Source of the DNA: Lingula anatina
Lineage: Eukaryota; Animalia; Brachiopoda
Assembly (NCBI GenBank): GCA_051362555.1
Contig: CM120649.1
Coordinates: 19,730,567-19,794,566, forward strand
Direction: 5' to 3'
Length of the DNA: 64,000 nt
A model generated the notes under the pieces. That model searched no databases, was not told where the DNA came from, and was given only the letters and a program-made list of their open reading frames with translations. The translations under genes and the position numbers were made by a program. Below, in pieces: positions 1-12,325 of this stretch (its first letter is position 1; each line of letters begins with the position of its first letter).

Positions 1-2
1 GG

Positions 3-788
3 TGGGGGTGGGGACATCACTATGAGAAATTCCGTGCCGACTCCTGCAGCAATGCAGCGGAGGTAGAATGGGTGCAGAAAGAGGGGCATTGGGGCTACCT
101 TAAGATCGTCGGAACCGGTGGACATTGTATGAACCCCCTTGGAGGCTGGGCCAGTCCTGGTGATAACACTGCACTTTTCCCGCATCCGAACTGCTATAAT
201 TCCGCACTTTTCGCAATTGACCAAGAAAAAGGCATCATCAAACATTCCGGCGGCAAGTACGTCCACGTGTACCCTTATCTAGCGGAAAAGCCGAATAGGC
301 ACTCTGATTTGATGCTTCACTCAGGACTGCACCGAAATATTAAGTTTGACTTTGTACAAAAGGGTAACCCAAATCAGAAGGTGCAGGTGATTCCAAACCC
401 ACAAGTGAAAGGAGAATGGCAAAAGGTCTCTTGTTGGTACAATGTCCACGTCGGCTCTTTGAAGTTCACAATGACCATCGGCACGAGCAAGACCTCCTCT
501 TCGTCTCTTACCAACACTTGGGAGATATCAGTGGGAGTTGCAAAAGGTATTGTAGAGGCCAGCGCCACCTATGGGGGCTCTTTCACAACCACCGACGAAC
601 AGCAATGGAAGGCAGAAAGTACCATAGAGAGAACCATTACTGTAACTAAAGAATACAGTACCCTGTGTTTGTGGCAATGGGTGTATGAATTTGAGCAATT
701 TAATGATGGCTTTAGGTTTAGGTCATTTACTATTCGCGAGACTCGATCTGACGCCAAACCAACTGAAATCCCCGGCAGTAAAAAGTAG
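3..788 (+). CDS. Chimeric mytilectin-like protein (beta-trefoil lectin + aerolysin-like pore-forming domain), 5'-partial
   Basis: The frame is open from base 3 (WGWGHHYEKFRADSCSNAAEVEWVQKEGHWGYLK...). The segments WGYLKIVGTGGHCMNPLGGWASPGDNTALFPH, ALFAID-IIKHSGGKYVH and LMLHSGLHRNIKFDFVQKGNPNQKVQV parallel subdomains B and C of MytiLec/CGL lectins as I recall them. The Ser/Thr-rich amphipathic beta region (TIGTSKTSSSSLTNTWEISVGVAKGIVEASATYGGSFTTT...LWQWVY) is typical of aerolysin-type domains. Confidence 0.85.
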   Translation, partial: WGWGHHYEKFRADSCSNAAEVEWVQKEGHWGYLKIVGTGGHCMNPLGGWASPGDNTALFPHPNCYNSALFAIDQEKGIIKHSGGKYVHVYPYLAEKPNRHSDLMLHSGLHRNIKFDFVQKGNPNQKVQVIPNPQVKGEWQKVSCWYNVHVGSLKFTMTIGTSKTSSSSLTNTWEISVGVAKGIVEASATYGGSFTTTDEQQWKAESTIERTITVTKEYSTLCLWQWVYEFEQFNDGFRFRSFTIRETRSDAKPTEIPGSKK

Positions 789-3700
789 ATATTATTTCCC
801 TAAATCCACACACTTCTATTGCGTGCTTCATCAAGTGTCGGGATGCTTCTCTCATTGCACTGCCTGCTTGTCCATTTAAGAAATATACAGTTTCTTTAAC
901 GCATGAACATAATTAGCATTTTTTTTTGGGGGGGGGGGGGGTATAATAGTGAAGACTGTAGGCTATACATTAGATAAAACATTTTTTTGTGTTTTAATGT
1001 TTCTCACGATGTTAGAAACACTCCTTGCGCAAAATTATATACGTTAGCGTGTCATGTTATTTGGAAATTAAAAAAGTTTGTGTAAACAGATTAAAAAATG
1101 ACTGACATCATAAATGTTTTACTTTCCACTTACTTTCTGTCAGACTGCTAGCTTATTTTGGTGAAGGAACCAAATAATTGAGCAAAATGAGAAAAAAAGG
1201 TTCTGATACTTTATTTGAAGTGTACTGCGTCAGCATTGAGCAAAATATTACATTGCTACTTTCGAACTTTGCTTCAGAAATTATTTTCAATTGTAATGGA
1301 GATTCTTATGTAACATATAAATCCCTACCGTAGAAATAAAAACAGAAAAGTTTCAGGACCAAAGATACGTGTTTGTCTGGTATTTCTTCCATTGCCTTGA
1401 CTTACGATGTACATGTATTTCTACTTTGTAAACAAATGAAATAAAATAAAATAAAATAATAAAATAAAAAAAATGAATAAAGTTATGCTACTAAAAGAAA
1501 GGCCCGGAGATCTAGGGGACCGTTATTCGCCCGTGTTTTTTAAAATGTTCATAAAAGTCTCATTTATGGCTGAACTCATTTCCTTTACTATATATTTCAT
1601 TAAACGGGGTATTTCGCCACTATAATGGCCAATTAATCCACCTCGATGTTCATTTAAACAAAAAACTTCACAATAAAGTATAAACCACATACCTCATTGG
1701 GAAAACTATTAACACTACGGTTTTTAAGCTTATAATTATTTGTAACCAAAGGAAATTTAAAATGGTTTAGAGATGCGATGATGCTTCCAATAAAGCCTAC
1801 TGTATTGCAAGACAGACGAGGTTGCTAAGTTGTATGGAGTAAGTAAAATCGGCTTATTGAAGTATAACTCAAAAATGAAAATAAGATCTACTGAATTCAC
1901 TATAATTGACAAGTTTTCGACACACGCGAACGCTGAACAGGAATCATCATAGATGATAAATATGTTTATTTCAGTTGTCTACAAAGTCCCAAGGCCTTCC
2001 AAACACATACGATATACTTTTAATACAATATCAGTGCTTTTTAATGTATACAATAGAGAACAAAAATAGTAAATGGCCTGCACAATGAAATCCAAGTTAG
2101 ACAATTTTAACAACAAGGCAGCAAAGCTGTCAAATGTACAGACAAAAAACAGAAAAAAAAGATGCAAAATAGGTCAATTTTGTCAATTTTGATGCAATAA
2201 TAAATAAAATTATAATAGCACAGTCAGTCAACACTGATTTTTAATCATGCACAACAGGTAACATGGTCAATAACAGGAGCAGATCCAGAGATATTTACTG
2301 ACAGTATTCCTAAGTATCTTTGTTGATCCATCCTCCATTTTGATGGTCATCCAACAGAAACCCATTATTATAAACTTTAAAATCTGACTGTCTTCCAGGA
2401 GACCCAGAAGATGGTCTCAATCCACCCCTTCAATAAGATTACAGTTTTAGGACCATGAGAGTTAAAATTCACATGATGAAAGTCCCAATATATGAAAAAT
2501 GATGACAGTGCATAAAATAATATTACAGCGTGTCTAAAGACATAAATACCAACACAACTGCTTATGTGGAAATACTGAAAATGTGCAGAGCCTCAGGTGG
2601 ATGGGAGTTAAAAATCACATCTTAAAATGCCAGTGTTGGAGAAAAAATTAAAAAGAAAACAACAAAAATATAATTCCAATGAAGCTGCTATTCACTGCTT
2701 CCTTATTATGGACACTATGTTATCTAGCAGAGAGCTTAACCTTTGGGAGTTTACAGGGAAATATCAACAAGTGTGCTTTATGAAATTTCATTTAATGGTC
2801 GCTTAATTAGGCAAATGAGTTTATAGCACTGAAATTAGCCTAGTGAATACCCAAGGGGAATTTACAGACTGACCACACAAATTTGTCTATCAAAGGTCTT
2901 CAGGCCCATAAGTCACACCTTAAGAAAAGCAGAAAACAATAATGCACAAAATAAAACAGGAGACTGCCAATTCTGATGCAATAATACATTATGTTTAACT
3001 GCACAGTCAACATCAAATTTTAATTATGCACAACAGGTAACACTGATGAAAGTAAAAGCATAAGGCTCCTGGCCCATCAGAGTTCAAGTTTACAATTAGA
3101 AAGTGCCAGAATAAGAAAATAAAAAAAATTCACAAAAAGTTCATAAATTTAATAAAAATGATAATCCAATAGAGCTGGTTCTCTAATATCAGCTGTATGT
3201 CAATCCTAAGAATCATTCTTGTAAGAATAGTTAAAAAAATAGAAAGTAACACTTTACTTTACATAATATTAATGGTGGCAGAGCACAAAGTAGTTTTGTC
3301 AATTTTGATGCAACATTACATAATGATTAACTAATTAAATGCCACCAATTTCAAAATATCTACTATTAAAAACATGGACATTAAGAAAATTTGATTACCA
3401 CTGGGCTTTATGCCCAAGGGAGCTCTAAGTCCCACATTGAAAATTGCAACATGTGAAAGATAAAAATTTTCACAAAAAACCTGTATTACTTCCAAACAAT
3501 TAACTAATGAGACAATTTTTCAACTGAAGCTGCATTTCAGTCCAATGTTTCTTTCCTGTAAGTGTGAGAAGAGCAAGTGACATGGTTTTCCTTTCACCGC
3601 CACTATGGAGGCAGTGCCCAGAATAGGGTTTTGTTCAATTTTGATGCAATATTACACAATGCTTAACAGCATAATAACCATAATTTTTTTAATAATAAAA

Positions 3701-3849
3701 TAAAAGTATCATGGATATTCAGAAAATGTGACTAGCCCATAGAGTTCAGAGTCATACTTTGAAAATCCCAAATTGTAAACAAGAGAAAACTGTCTTGAAA
3801 GAGTTTATTTCCATTTTCAACACCTTTTTTACATAAAACAAAATAATCA

Positions 3850-5060
3850 ATTTACTGTCATTTTTACATGATCAATCAAAAAATATGTTGTCAAAGCAAA
3901 AATATCAATAGAACAATTATAAATGTCCAACTTGCTCCATTCTGAGATTCTGAACATAGTGAATGGTTGAATCGGACAAACTGTAAAGATATGTGTTTTT
4001 TTTTTCCATTTTTGACACTTATTACACAATACACAATATCAGGTTTACCATCATTTTTATATTATCAACTAACAATGTTAAGATGCAGAAAATGTCAAAA
4101 GAACAACTTAACATATCTAATTAGTTCAAAAATGAGACTGATTAACATGCCTGAGAATTAAATTTGAGGAAAAAACACTTATATACAAAAAAAGGCATAA
4201 CTTCACTAAACTTTAACTGATCAAGCTTATTTTCAAAACTTAATCTGTATTTCAGTAATACTGATCACGACTGTGAATTTCAAGATAATTGGCTAATCGA
4301 TTTTCCTTAAAATGTGTTATAGGTGTTGCATATATGCTGAAAAAAAAAGTGAAAAAACAGCATAATTTTTATAAAAATGCCCTGATCATGCCAATTTTCA
4401 AACTTGACCTGCGTATTATAGATATTCATCAGTTCTGTAAGTTTCAAGCCCAAAAGTAAAGCGCTTTTTCACTTATCGTGTTATCAGGGTTGCATATATG
4501 CTGAAAAAGTGAAAAAAAAACAGCATAACTTCCATAAAAATGTTCCTATCATGCTGATTTTCGAACTTGACCGGCATATTATGAATATTTATAAGTTCTA
4601 TAAGTTTCAATCCAAAAGGTAGAACGGTTTTTCAAATATCGTGTTATCGGTGTTGCATAAATGCTGAAAAAAGTGAAAAAACTGCATAACTTCCATAAAA
4701 ATGTTCCTATCTTGCTGATTTTCGAACTTGACCTGCGTATTATGAATATTCATCAGTTCTGTAAGTTTCAAGCCAAAAGGTACAACAGTTTTCCACTTAT
4801 CGTGTTATCGGTGCTACATAAATGCTGAAAAAAAGTGAAAAAACTGCACAACTTCCCCAAAAATGGCCCGATCATGCTGATTTTCGAACTTGACCTGCGT
4901 ATTATGAATATTCATCAGTTCTGTAAGTTTCAAGCCAAAAGAAAAAACGGTTTCCCACTTATCGTGTTATCGGTAAAAGTGCACGGCGACGACGGCGACG
5001 GCGACGACAGACGCAGGTGATGGCTATATGTACAGACACATCTGTGTCTGTACATTAAAA
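3850..5060 (+). mobile_element. Helentron/HINE-like non-autonomous element carrying a ~121-bp tandem satellite array
   Basis: About 6 tandem units (gctgaaaaaagtgaaaaaactgcataacttcc...gaacttgacctgcgtattatgaatattcatcagttctgtaagtttcaagcc...) span ~4200-4975. They are followed by a (GAC/GGC)n microsatellite, a perfect 13-bp hairpin ATGTACAGACACA-tc-TGTGTCTGTACAT (5028-5055) and TAAAAA. The 5' boundary is uncertain and may extend to ~2000. Confidence 0.7.
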
Positions 5061-6926
5061 AGAACTTTCTTGGAATTTAAGCCCGATGTGATAAGAATGA
5101 TGGACCGCTAAGAACCACATTCCTTTTACCATTACTTTGTACATTCTTATGAGTCCCATATACTAAATCCAATACAATGACTTAACTTAAACTAATAACA
5201 TGGGTGTCAAGACTTCCATTCCTGTCACACCGGTAAATCATGTGCATTTTTGAGTTGCTGTGGTGATGGCGATGTAAGCTGGCGAACACATACATTTACA
5301 TGTAGAACTCACAATTAAGCAGGTTTACAGGTTGGGATCGCTTCAATAGTAATTAAAGGATATTTGATGAAATTCCAGAATTTTTGGGCTTCAATAAGGT
5401 CTAACATACATTGTGACAAGATTATAGCCATAAATAAAGATTATAGCCATAAATGTGAATGATGATAAATAAGAATACCTCTGATACGGGAACTTACATT
5501 TAGCAACTGACCGACGTTGCTGTCTCAACCTTAGGCTTTTCACTAGCTAAATGACCTAGATGGAGTGGGCACCGGATTTATTGTCATACGGCTGGGAAAG
5601 GTCTCCAGTTTCCCGTTCCATATGTGGGCAACGGGGGTCAGTTGCTAAGGGTAAGTTCCAGTATCAGAGTTATTCATATCTATCATTTTTGTTCTTCTGG
5701 ATGACTAACCACATTCACTCACTTGTGAATGATGTTTTAAATAATACTTTATGTACAGTAATACCGTCATCAATAGTTGCGGCAATTGAAATAGTAATTG
5801 TTAGGAAGCATTGCATTATGTACAATAACAGAAACAGTTTCGTAGGTTGAAAAAATGCTAGGGAGGGCGGCTGAAATCCTACAGTTCTTGCAATCCAATT
5901 TTCTGTTTCGTCGGCGGAACTCATCTAGACCCTAAGGGAAGGTAAAGTTAAATGCTCCTTATTAAAGGAATGGGAGTAAGAGAAATAGGCCACAGGTATT
6001 ATGTTTATAGAGACCCCCTCCCCCGAACCCTCTCTACCCTAAGGTTCTGTAGGACAAGAGGTCGTACAAACATATGTTTTTACTTGTATATATAAAACTA
6101 AATGTATAAATGCACATGTCAAGCTATGGCATATATTTTGTACATGTAACTCTCTGAACCTTAAGTTAACAGGTTTTAAAAATTCCATTCCTCAGGTTGA
6201 GTCAACCAAACATGTAGATATCTACCGTCGTCTTCTTTGCCTCAACATAAGGGAAGCGAATGGGAGTTTACTAATTTATTATTATCATTTTTTTAGGGGG
6301 GGGGGGGAGATACCCCCTTTGCAGCTTCTGGTTATGCGTCCATATTCTGCGGTAAGATGCTGGCATAATCCGAATACTGGTCTTTCGTCTCCTAAGAAAT
6401 ACTAGTATGATCACCACCACCACAATAATGATGACCAACGGTGTGGCCACTGCGACACCAATTACCATCGGGATGCTTGCCGTGTCCACAGCTTTCACTA
6501 TTGGAATCATAAAAATAACACATAATGCTTAGAAAGTTTTTTGAAAATTGATGAAGATTAAAGTGATGATATTACAAGACAAATAAGACAAATAAAATGC
6601 AGATCTCTCCTAGCAAAATTTGAAGATTCTTGCAAACTTGCCGCAAACTTTAGATGCTTTCGCAAATAAACAGCAAGTTTGCAGCAACAATTTTTCTTGC
6701 AACAACTGCAGAAGATAAAACACTCTCGCTTTATAATGTTACTATTCAAAATCATTATCAGCCATCAACTGTTCTATTTCATAATTATATTTGACCTTTG
6801 GAAGTCATACTACCTGCGTCATTTCGAGCTTCCTCTTTTTCAGTGGGAGTTACGTTCGGAAGGGTAGACGCTGGCGTGACCGATGGAGGCGAGGCAGGCA
6901 CTGTCGTGGTGGTAGTAGACGTGGTA

Positions 6927-7152
6927 CACCCCATTTCCATAGATTTTTAGATCGATCTATCCCTGTGGGGAGTCTCACTAGATTACTGTCAGCTTGGCCG
7001 GCTTAATCGTCTGTCCCACCTACTAAAAGCTGTAAGGGGGTAATTAACTATGGTGTCCTCTCGGCTGACTGCAATTTAGCCTGAACCCCCAGGGAGTTAG
7101 GTCGATCTAAAACTTAATCTTTAGATCGATCTAAATCTCTGGGAATGCACCC
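6927..7152. mobile_element. PIF/Harbinger (Tourist-like) MITE, copy 1
   Basis: Imperfect TIRs (GGGTGCATTCCCAGAGATTTAGATCGATCTA / CACCCCATTTCCATAGATTTTTAGATCGATCTA) and a 3-bp TSD GTA. Three more copies occur in the window. Confidence 0.8.
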
Positions 7153-7159
7153 GTAGGCG

Positions 7160-7254
7160 TAGTAGAAACCGTAGTAGGTGTTGAGGTTGGCGCAGTGGTT
7201 GCAGTTGTAGTGGAAGTAGGTGTACAGGTAGTAGTAATCGTCGTGGTTGGCGTA

Positions 7255-7313
<59 letters not shown>

Positions 7314-7389
7314 GGTAGTAGTAGTAGTAGTTGTAGTAGTAGTAGTAGTAGTGTTGGTTGTAGGTGTAGTAGTAATCGTCGTGGTTGGC

Positions 7390-7426
<37 letters not shown>

Positions 7427-7449
7427 CAGCAGCAGTAGTAGTAGTAGAC

Positions 7450-7496
<47 letters not shown>

Positions 7497-7585
7497 AGTG
7501 GTGGTAGTAGGTGTAGTAGGCCTAGTAGTAATCGTCGTGGTTGGCGTAGTAGTAGTAGTTGTAGTAGTAGTAGTAGTAGTAGTAC
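7160..7585. repeat. (GTA)n-based trinucleotide repeat, poly-Thr on the minus strand
   Basis: Long imperfect GTA array with a recurring gtaatcgtcgtggttggc unit. Confidence 0.9.
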
Positions 7586-8094
7586 TGTATCATCATGTAG
7601 GGGCCTAATTGCTGCCTACAGCTGTTGTATCTCAAATAAATTTCGAGCCCCCAAAGCTAGCTGTATCGTGTCATCGATATGAAAAGTTATACGTTATACG
7701 TCTACCGGTACCTTTTTTTATAGCAAATTGCACAAAAGCAAATCAAACGTATTAGTACCATAAATATAAGCAATGTATATCGTGATTCCATTGGCCAATA
7801 AACGTACATGTATGTGTTTCAAGCAAGCGGTTGTTTGCCGAGACATTGACGTCAACAACAATAAAGGGGAATCCCCCTTGTCATTTCTGTAAATAAAGAG
7901 TCGCCATTTTTACGCCTACTTCATTTGTACATGCAACAGGTGTATGATATTTTACGTAATTCTGAAGTAATATCTCAACTACATTAATGTTAACGAGAGA
8001 CGCTAGTTGTACTTGGGGTACATCACTGTGTTGTTAATATTTCGTAAAATCCCGTCCCAATACATCATAAGGGTTGGAAGTGTTTGCCCTTGCT

Positions 8095-9248
8095 CATGGC
8101 CAGAAATGTGCAGCATTTACGCGATACGCGAGGGCGCAACAGTAGGGCTTCACGTGACTCAACTAACCAATCACAGCACAAGAATGGCATCGCACACAGA
8201 CTCTGTGATAAATGCTCAGCCCATTGTCAAGTAGTGTTAGTTCATGGTAACAAGCGTCTGTTATGTGCAGAGAAGTTTATTATTATAATATATATCGTTC
8301 TTATTGTTACATTATTAAATCTAACTCTGTATCCAAGAAGTAACTATAATGTACCAAGTCAGGTACTGATGATGTACAGAGGTCATATATTCCAGAATAA
8401 GCCATTACCACTGATTTATAACTTTCATTTTTGTTTAATATGTTATTCATGAAAGAGTTCATGAAAGATTATTTTAATTTGTTAAATCGTGATATTATTC
8501 TTTTTATATTCAAATAATAGAATACTGTGGGTAAAATTGGTCTTCCACTTCTTATTTGCATTTTTCCTTTACTACAAGATTATTTTGGAACAGTTGCAGC
8601 ATTAAAATTTTTAATAAATAGCAATCTGAATGAAGAATTTTGCATAATTATTAAATGATGATAGGAATTTTGGATTAAGAGATTAGTTAAATACTGAGTA
8701 GTGATATGGTCAGTCAATTTATGTAGAATCTGATAATATGATTGAAAATACTGATTGAATTCTTGGCCTTGCACTGGGCAGTTTTACATTTGTGCCAAGT
8801 GCTCTTTTTGGACTCCATTGTACAGTGGTAAAAATCTTCAATTGCCATGAAATTTTTTAATCAGACTCTGTATGTTACTGCTATCAGCTGGTGCTATCGG
8901 CGACGAATTAATTTCCCTTTGTTTCTGAGTGAATCTACCCTCTAAAATCACTATCACTGAAAATATTTGCGTTTTGCTGAGGGTAGTCTAGGCAATATAC
9001 GGCAAACTTCTTAGTATGTGTGTACAACAGAATTTTTTTAAAAACCCTAGCGATATTTGGTCAGGAGTTGCTTGAAGCATAGCACAGCGTTGCTGTCTAT
9101 CGGCATCAGGCCGTAAGTTTGTCAATTCTCACGAATTACCCACGAATCGCGAACCCATTCATTTTCCTATGGCAATCTAGCAACTCATTAAAAATGCACG
9201 CATGCGCAGTGGGCTGGCGTGACGTCATGCAGTGCATTTCTGGGGATG
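8095..9248. mobile_element. Non-autonomous TIR insertion present only in promoter copy 1
   Basis: Absent from the paralogous site at ~10697. The ends CATGGCCAGAAATG ... CATTTCTGGGGATG form a 14-bp imperfect inverted repeat. No TSD is visible. Confidence 0.55.
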
Positions 9249-9807
9249 GAGCAAACTGGGAAATTTGGCGTTACTTTCTGTTTGCATATGCATTTGTAAA
9301 GATATTAACAGTACTTATATATAGATTTAAACGTTAATGGTTGAAATTAGAATATTGGACTAATAATTAATAGTTGCATTAACACAGCTGGAATCAGGAT
9401 ATCAAGAGAGAAGGTAAAAACCCGTCGCTCGATAACGTAAAGAATTGGAAGTGTTTGCCCTTACTGATCAAAGCGGGAAGTTTGGCTTTACTTTCTGTTT
9501 GCAAAAGTACATGTATATGTTAACATGTGAATGTACTCGAGTTTAAAGCTCAAGATACAACATTTGTTTGTTTCATTCTGTGCATTTTAACGAGAAAAAA
9601 TATAGGTAATTAATCATTTTGCATAAAATTCGAGGGGTCTTACCTAAATTGTGGGGACCTAGACTAAAAGTATATTACGAAAAATAAAGGAATAAACGCA
9701 CCACAGAACCACTTTTGAATTTTTTCATGACGAAAAACACACGAGTGTACAATTTCTAGTTTTAATTAGTTTTTTTTCATATCATCATGTAATTGCTGCC
9801 TACAGAT

Positions 9808-10205
9808 TGTACTAGGTTCTTAGATATACCTCGGGTATAATTTAAACGCTAGGGGCTCTAATCCTACGCTGGAAGATTCCAGGAACGGTACACGATTCCC
9901 GACTTGGGTTATGCCCGGAGGGAAAAGTAACACAACACCACCGTTTAGTTACAAAAATCAAAACTTCTTTATTGTCAGGTCGCACCCTGATTTTATACTT
10001 AAACTTGGCGTGATAGACGTTTATCTTTACTGTGAATAGCTACAAATATAGAAGATAAAATAAAGGAAAAAAGAGGCTATTAACGTTAGATAAGAGATAT
10101 CGTACCTCTATTGAAATTTATTACCGTGGAGTCGCGCACCCAAGCCCTCGACTCTGATCGAATCCATTTTCATTTTTATTAATAATAAACTTACCGGTCT
10201 GAACA
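9808..10205 (-). mobile_element. Probable solo LTR
   Basis: A ~400-bp insertion relative to promoter copy 1, bounded by TGT...ACA. The flanks AGAT and CGCT each differ by one base from the empty-site AGCT. AATAAA lies on the minus strand near 9968. Confidence 0.5.
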
Positions 10206-12286
10206 CGCTGTTGTATCTCATATAAAATTCGTGACCCCAAAGTCCGCCACTAGCTGTATCGTGTCAAAACGGTGTCATCAATATGAAAGTTACACAGGTA
10301 CATCTACCTTTTTATAGCGAATTGCACAAAAGCTAATCAAACGTATTAGTACCATAAATATAAGCAATGTATATCGATATTCCATTGGCCAATAAACGTA
10401 CATGTATGTGTTTCAAGCAAGCGGTTGTGTTTGCCGAAACACTGACGTCAACAACAATAAAGGGAATTCCCCCTTGTCATTTCTGTAAATAAAGAGGCGC
10501 CATTTTTACGCGTAAAGTCAGGTAACAGGTAACAGGTAAGTTAATGATATTTTCCGTTATTCTGAAGTAATATCTCAACTACATTAATGTAAACGAGAGA
10601 CATAACGCTAGTTATACTTGGGGTACATCACAGTGTTGTTAATATTTCGTAAAATCCAGTCCCAATACATCATAAGATTGGAAGTGTTTTCCCTTGGTGA
10701 GCAAACTGGGAAATTTGGCGTTACTTTCTGTTTCCATGTGCATTTGTAAAGAGATCAACAGTACTTATATATAGACTTAAACGTTAATAGTTGAAATTAG
10801 AATATTGGACTAATAATTAATAGTTGCATTAACACAGCTGGAATCAGGATATCAAGAGAGAAGGTAAAAATCCGTCGCACGATATCGTAAAGAATTGGAA
10901 GTGTTTGCCCTTACTGATCAAAGCGGGAAATTTGGCTTTACTTTCTGTTTGCACAAGTACATGTATATGTTAACATGTGAATGTACTCAAGTTTAAAGCT
11001 CAAGATACAACATTTATGAGAAAAATATTGACAAGGTGCAGCATTTATGATATAAAAATAAAATAATTGAAATCTTAAATAGCCTAGCTACAACATGTCC
11101 CAATAGTTACATTAATAACGAAACAGGGTATAAATGAGTTCATTTAGAAGGTTTAAGGAGGGCCAATATATACATACGTTGAACCAGTGGGAGTGGAGAA
11201 CACAGCAAACCATATTTACATATTTGTTTCTGCAGTACGTGTATTTTTGTATAGAAGTAGCAGTGCGTGTAATTTTTGCCACGATTGAAATAAAAGAAAA
11301 ATCCAGGTGTCACTTCAACCACGTAAACGTTTACAGGGGAACATACGTGTGTTATTTTTGAAGATTTCAAAAGAAAAACGACGGTGTAAGGGGGCTTATC
11401 ACACACACACACACACACACATATGAATAGGCCAGATGGATGGAAAATTCTTGGATTTGTCTCCTTCCGTTTGGTGTATTATTTTTGGCAGGGGGTAGTA
11501 CCTGCAGCAAGCTAAGGGAGAGCGTGTGACCCACTGTGCCCTATTACGACCTGCCGCTGTACCAGTATTTTACATGTATTATAGATTTTCAATTTCTCAT
11601 AGGTCAGTATTTTTTAGATATGTATAACACCTAAACAATTCAAGCTTAACACCATAGATATATGATCCATAGGACAATATACGTCTTTCAACTCCATTAT
11701 CGCGTTATTTGAGAACGCGTACGTCAACAGTTGGGGAATTCTCATAAACAGTAGGGGAATTCTCTTAAAAATACCCTCGACATTTGTAATAATAGATATG
11801 GGTAGCCATTTACACGGGGCGTTAAAATGTATAAAGTTCATGATATATAACGAAATTCTGAAGTTATATGTCAACCATTTCAATGAGAACGAGAGATACC
11901 CAACTAGCTGTACTAGGGATATCAGTGTTGTTAACATTTGGGTTAAACATTCCTGACCCGACAGCAACAAAATTTTAATCGTTTTCCACTAGTGATCATG
12001 CAAAATAAGAAAATTTAAAGCTAGGTTACTTTCTGTTTGAACGTGGATTGTTGTTATGTAAAGACATAAACAGTGCTTAGATATAAACGATTTGAATTAG
12101 CTCTTTTGACTATTACGGCATTTTCCCACATTTCTACTGGTAAAACTTAAGCCTTTGTAAATATGAAATTTTTCATTTTTAATTAGAAATAACGAATATC
12201 GATGTATTAATTATGCATTGGCACGTCACACACACACACACACATACACACACACGCACACACTCGCGTGCATTCACCCCCCCCCC

Positions 12287-12325
<39 letters not shown>

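Larger units (their letters stand above)
6385..7585 (-). pseudogene. Type I membrane protein fragment: Thr-rich mucin stalk + transmembrane exon, interrupted by a MITE
   Basis: The minus strand at 7585-7153 encodes poly-Thr/Pro. After removing the MITE and one GTA duplication it continues in frame as TPTTSTTTTTVPASPPSVTPASTLPNVTPTEKEEARNDA to a phase-1 GT donor at 6814. A phase-compatible AG acceptor at 6497 gives VKAVDTASIPMVIGVAVATPLVIIIVVVVIILVFLRRRK (TM helix + basic stop-transfer). No 5' exons were identified and the cytoplasmic exons are unresolved. Confidence 0.6.
7590..12090 (+). promoter_or_regulatory. Tandemly multiplied promoter/first-exon region upstream of the ankyrin-TIR gene, with CCAAT, CRE, kappaB and IRF-like motifs
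   Basis: 7620-8090 matches 10208-10695 and 9250-9565 matches 10700-11015. A diverged third copy lies at ~11640-12090. Motifs: TGACGTCA at 7847 and 10443; GGGGAATCCCC at 7866; GGGAATTCCC at 10462; GGGGAATTCTC at 11733 and 11754; splice donor CAG|GTAAGT near 10535. Confidence 0.55.

Noticed and set aside
5480-5935. Possible cytoplasmic-tail exon(s) of the mucin/TM gene
   Set aside because: An acceptor-like site exists at ~5933, but no consistent frame or donor linkage could be established.
7195-7608. Plus-strand poly-Val ORF (137 aa)
   Set aside because: It is the antisense reading of a GTA repeat. The minus-strand poly-Thr frame joins spliceable exons and is the plausible coding sense.
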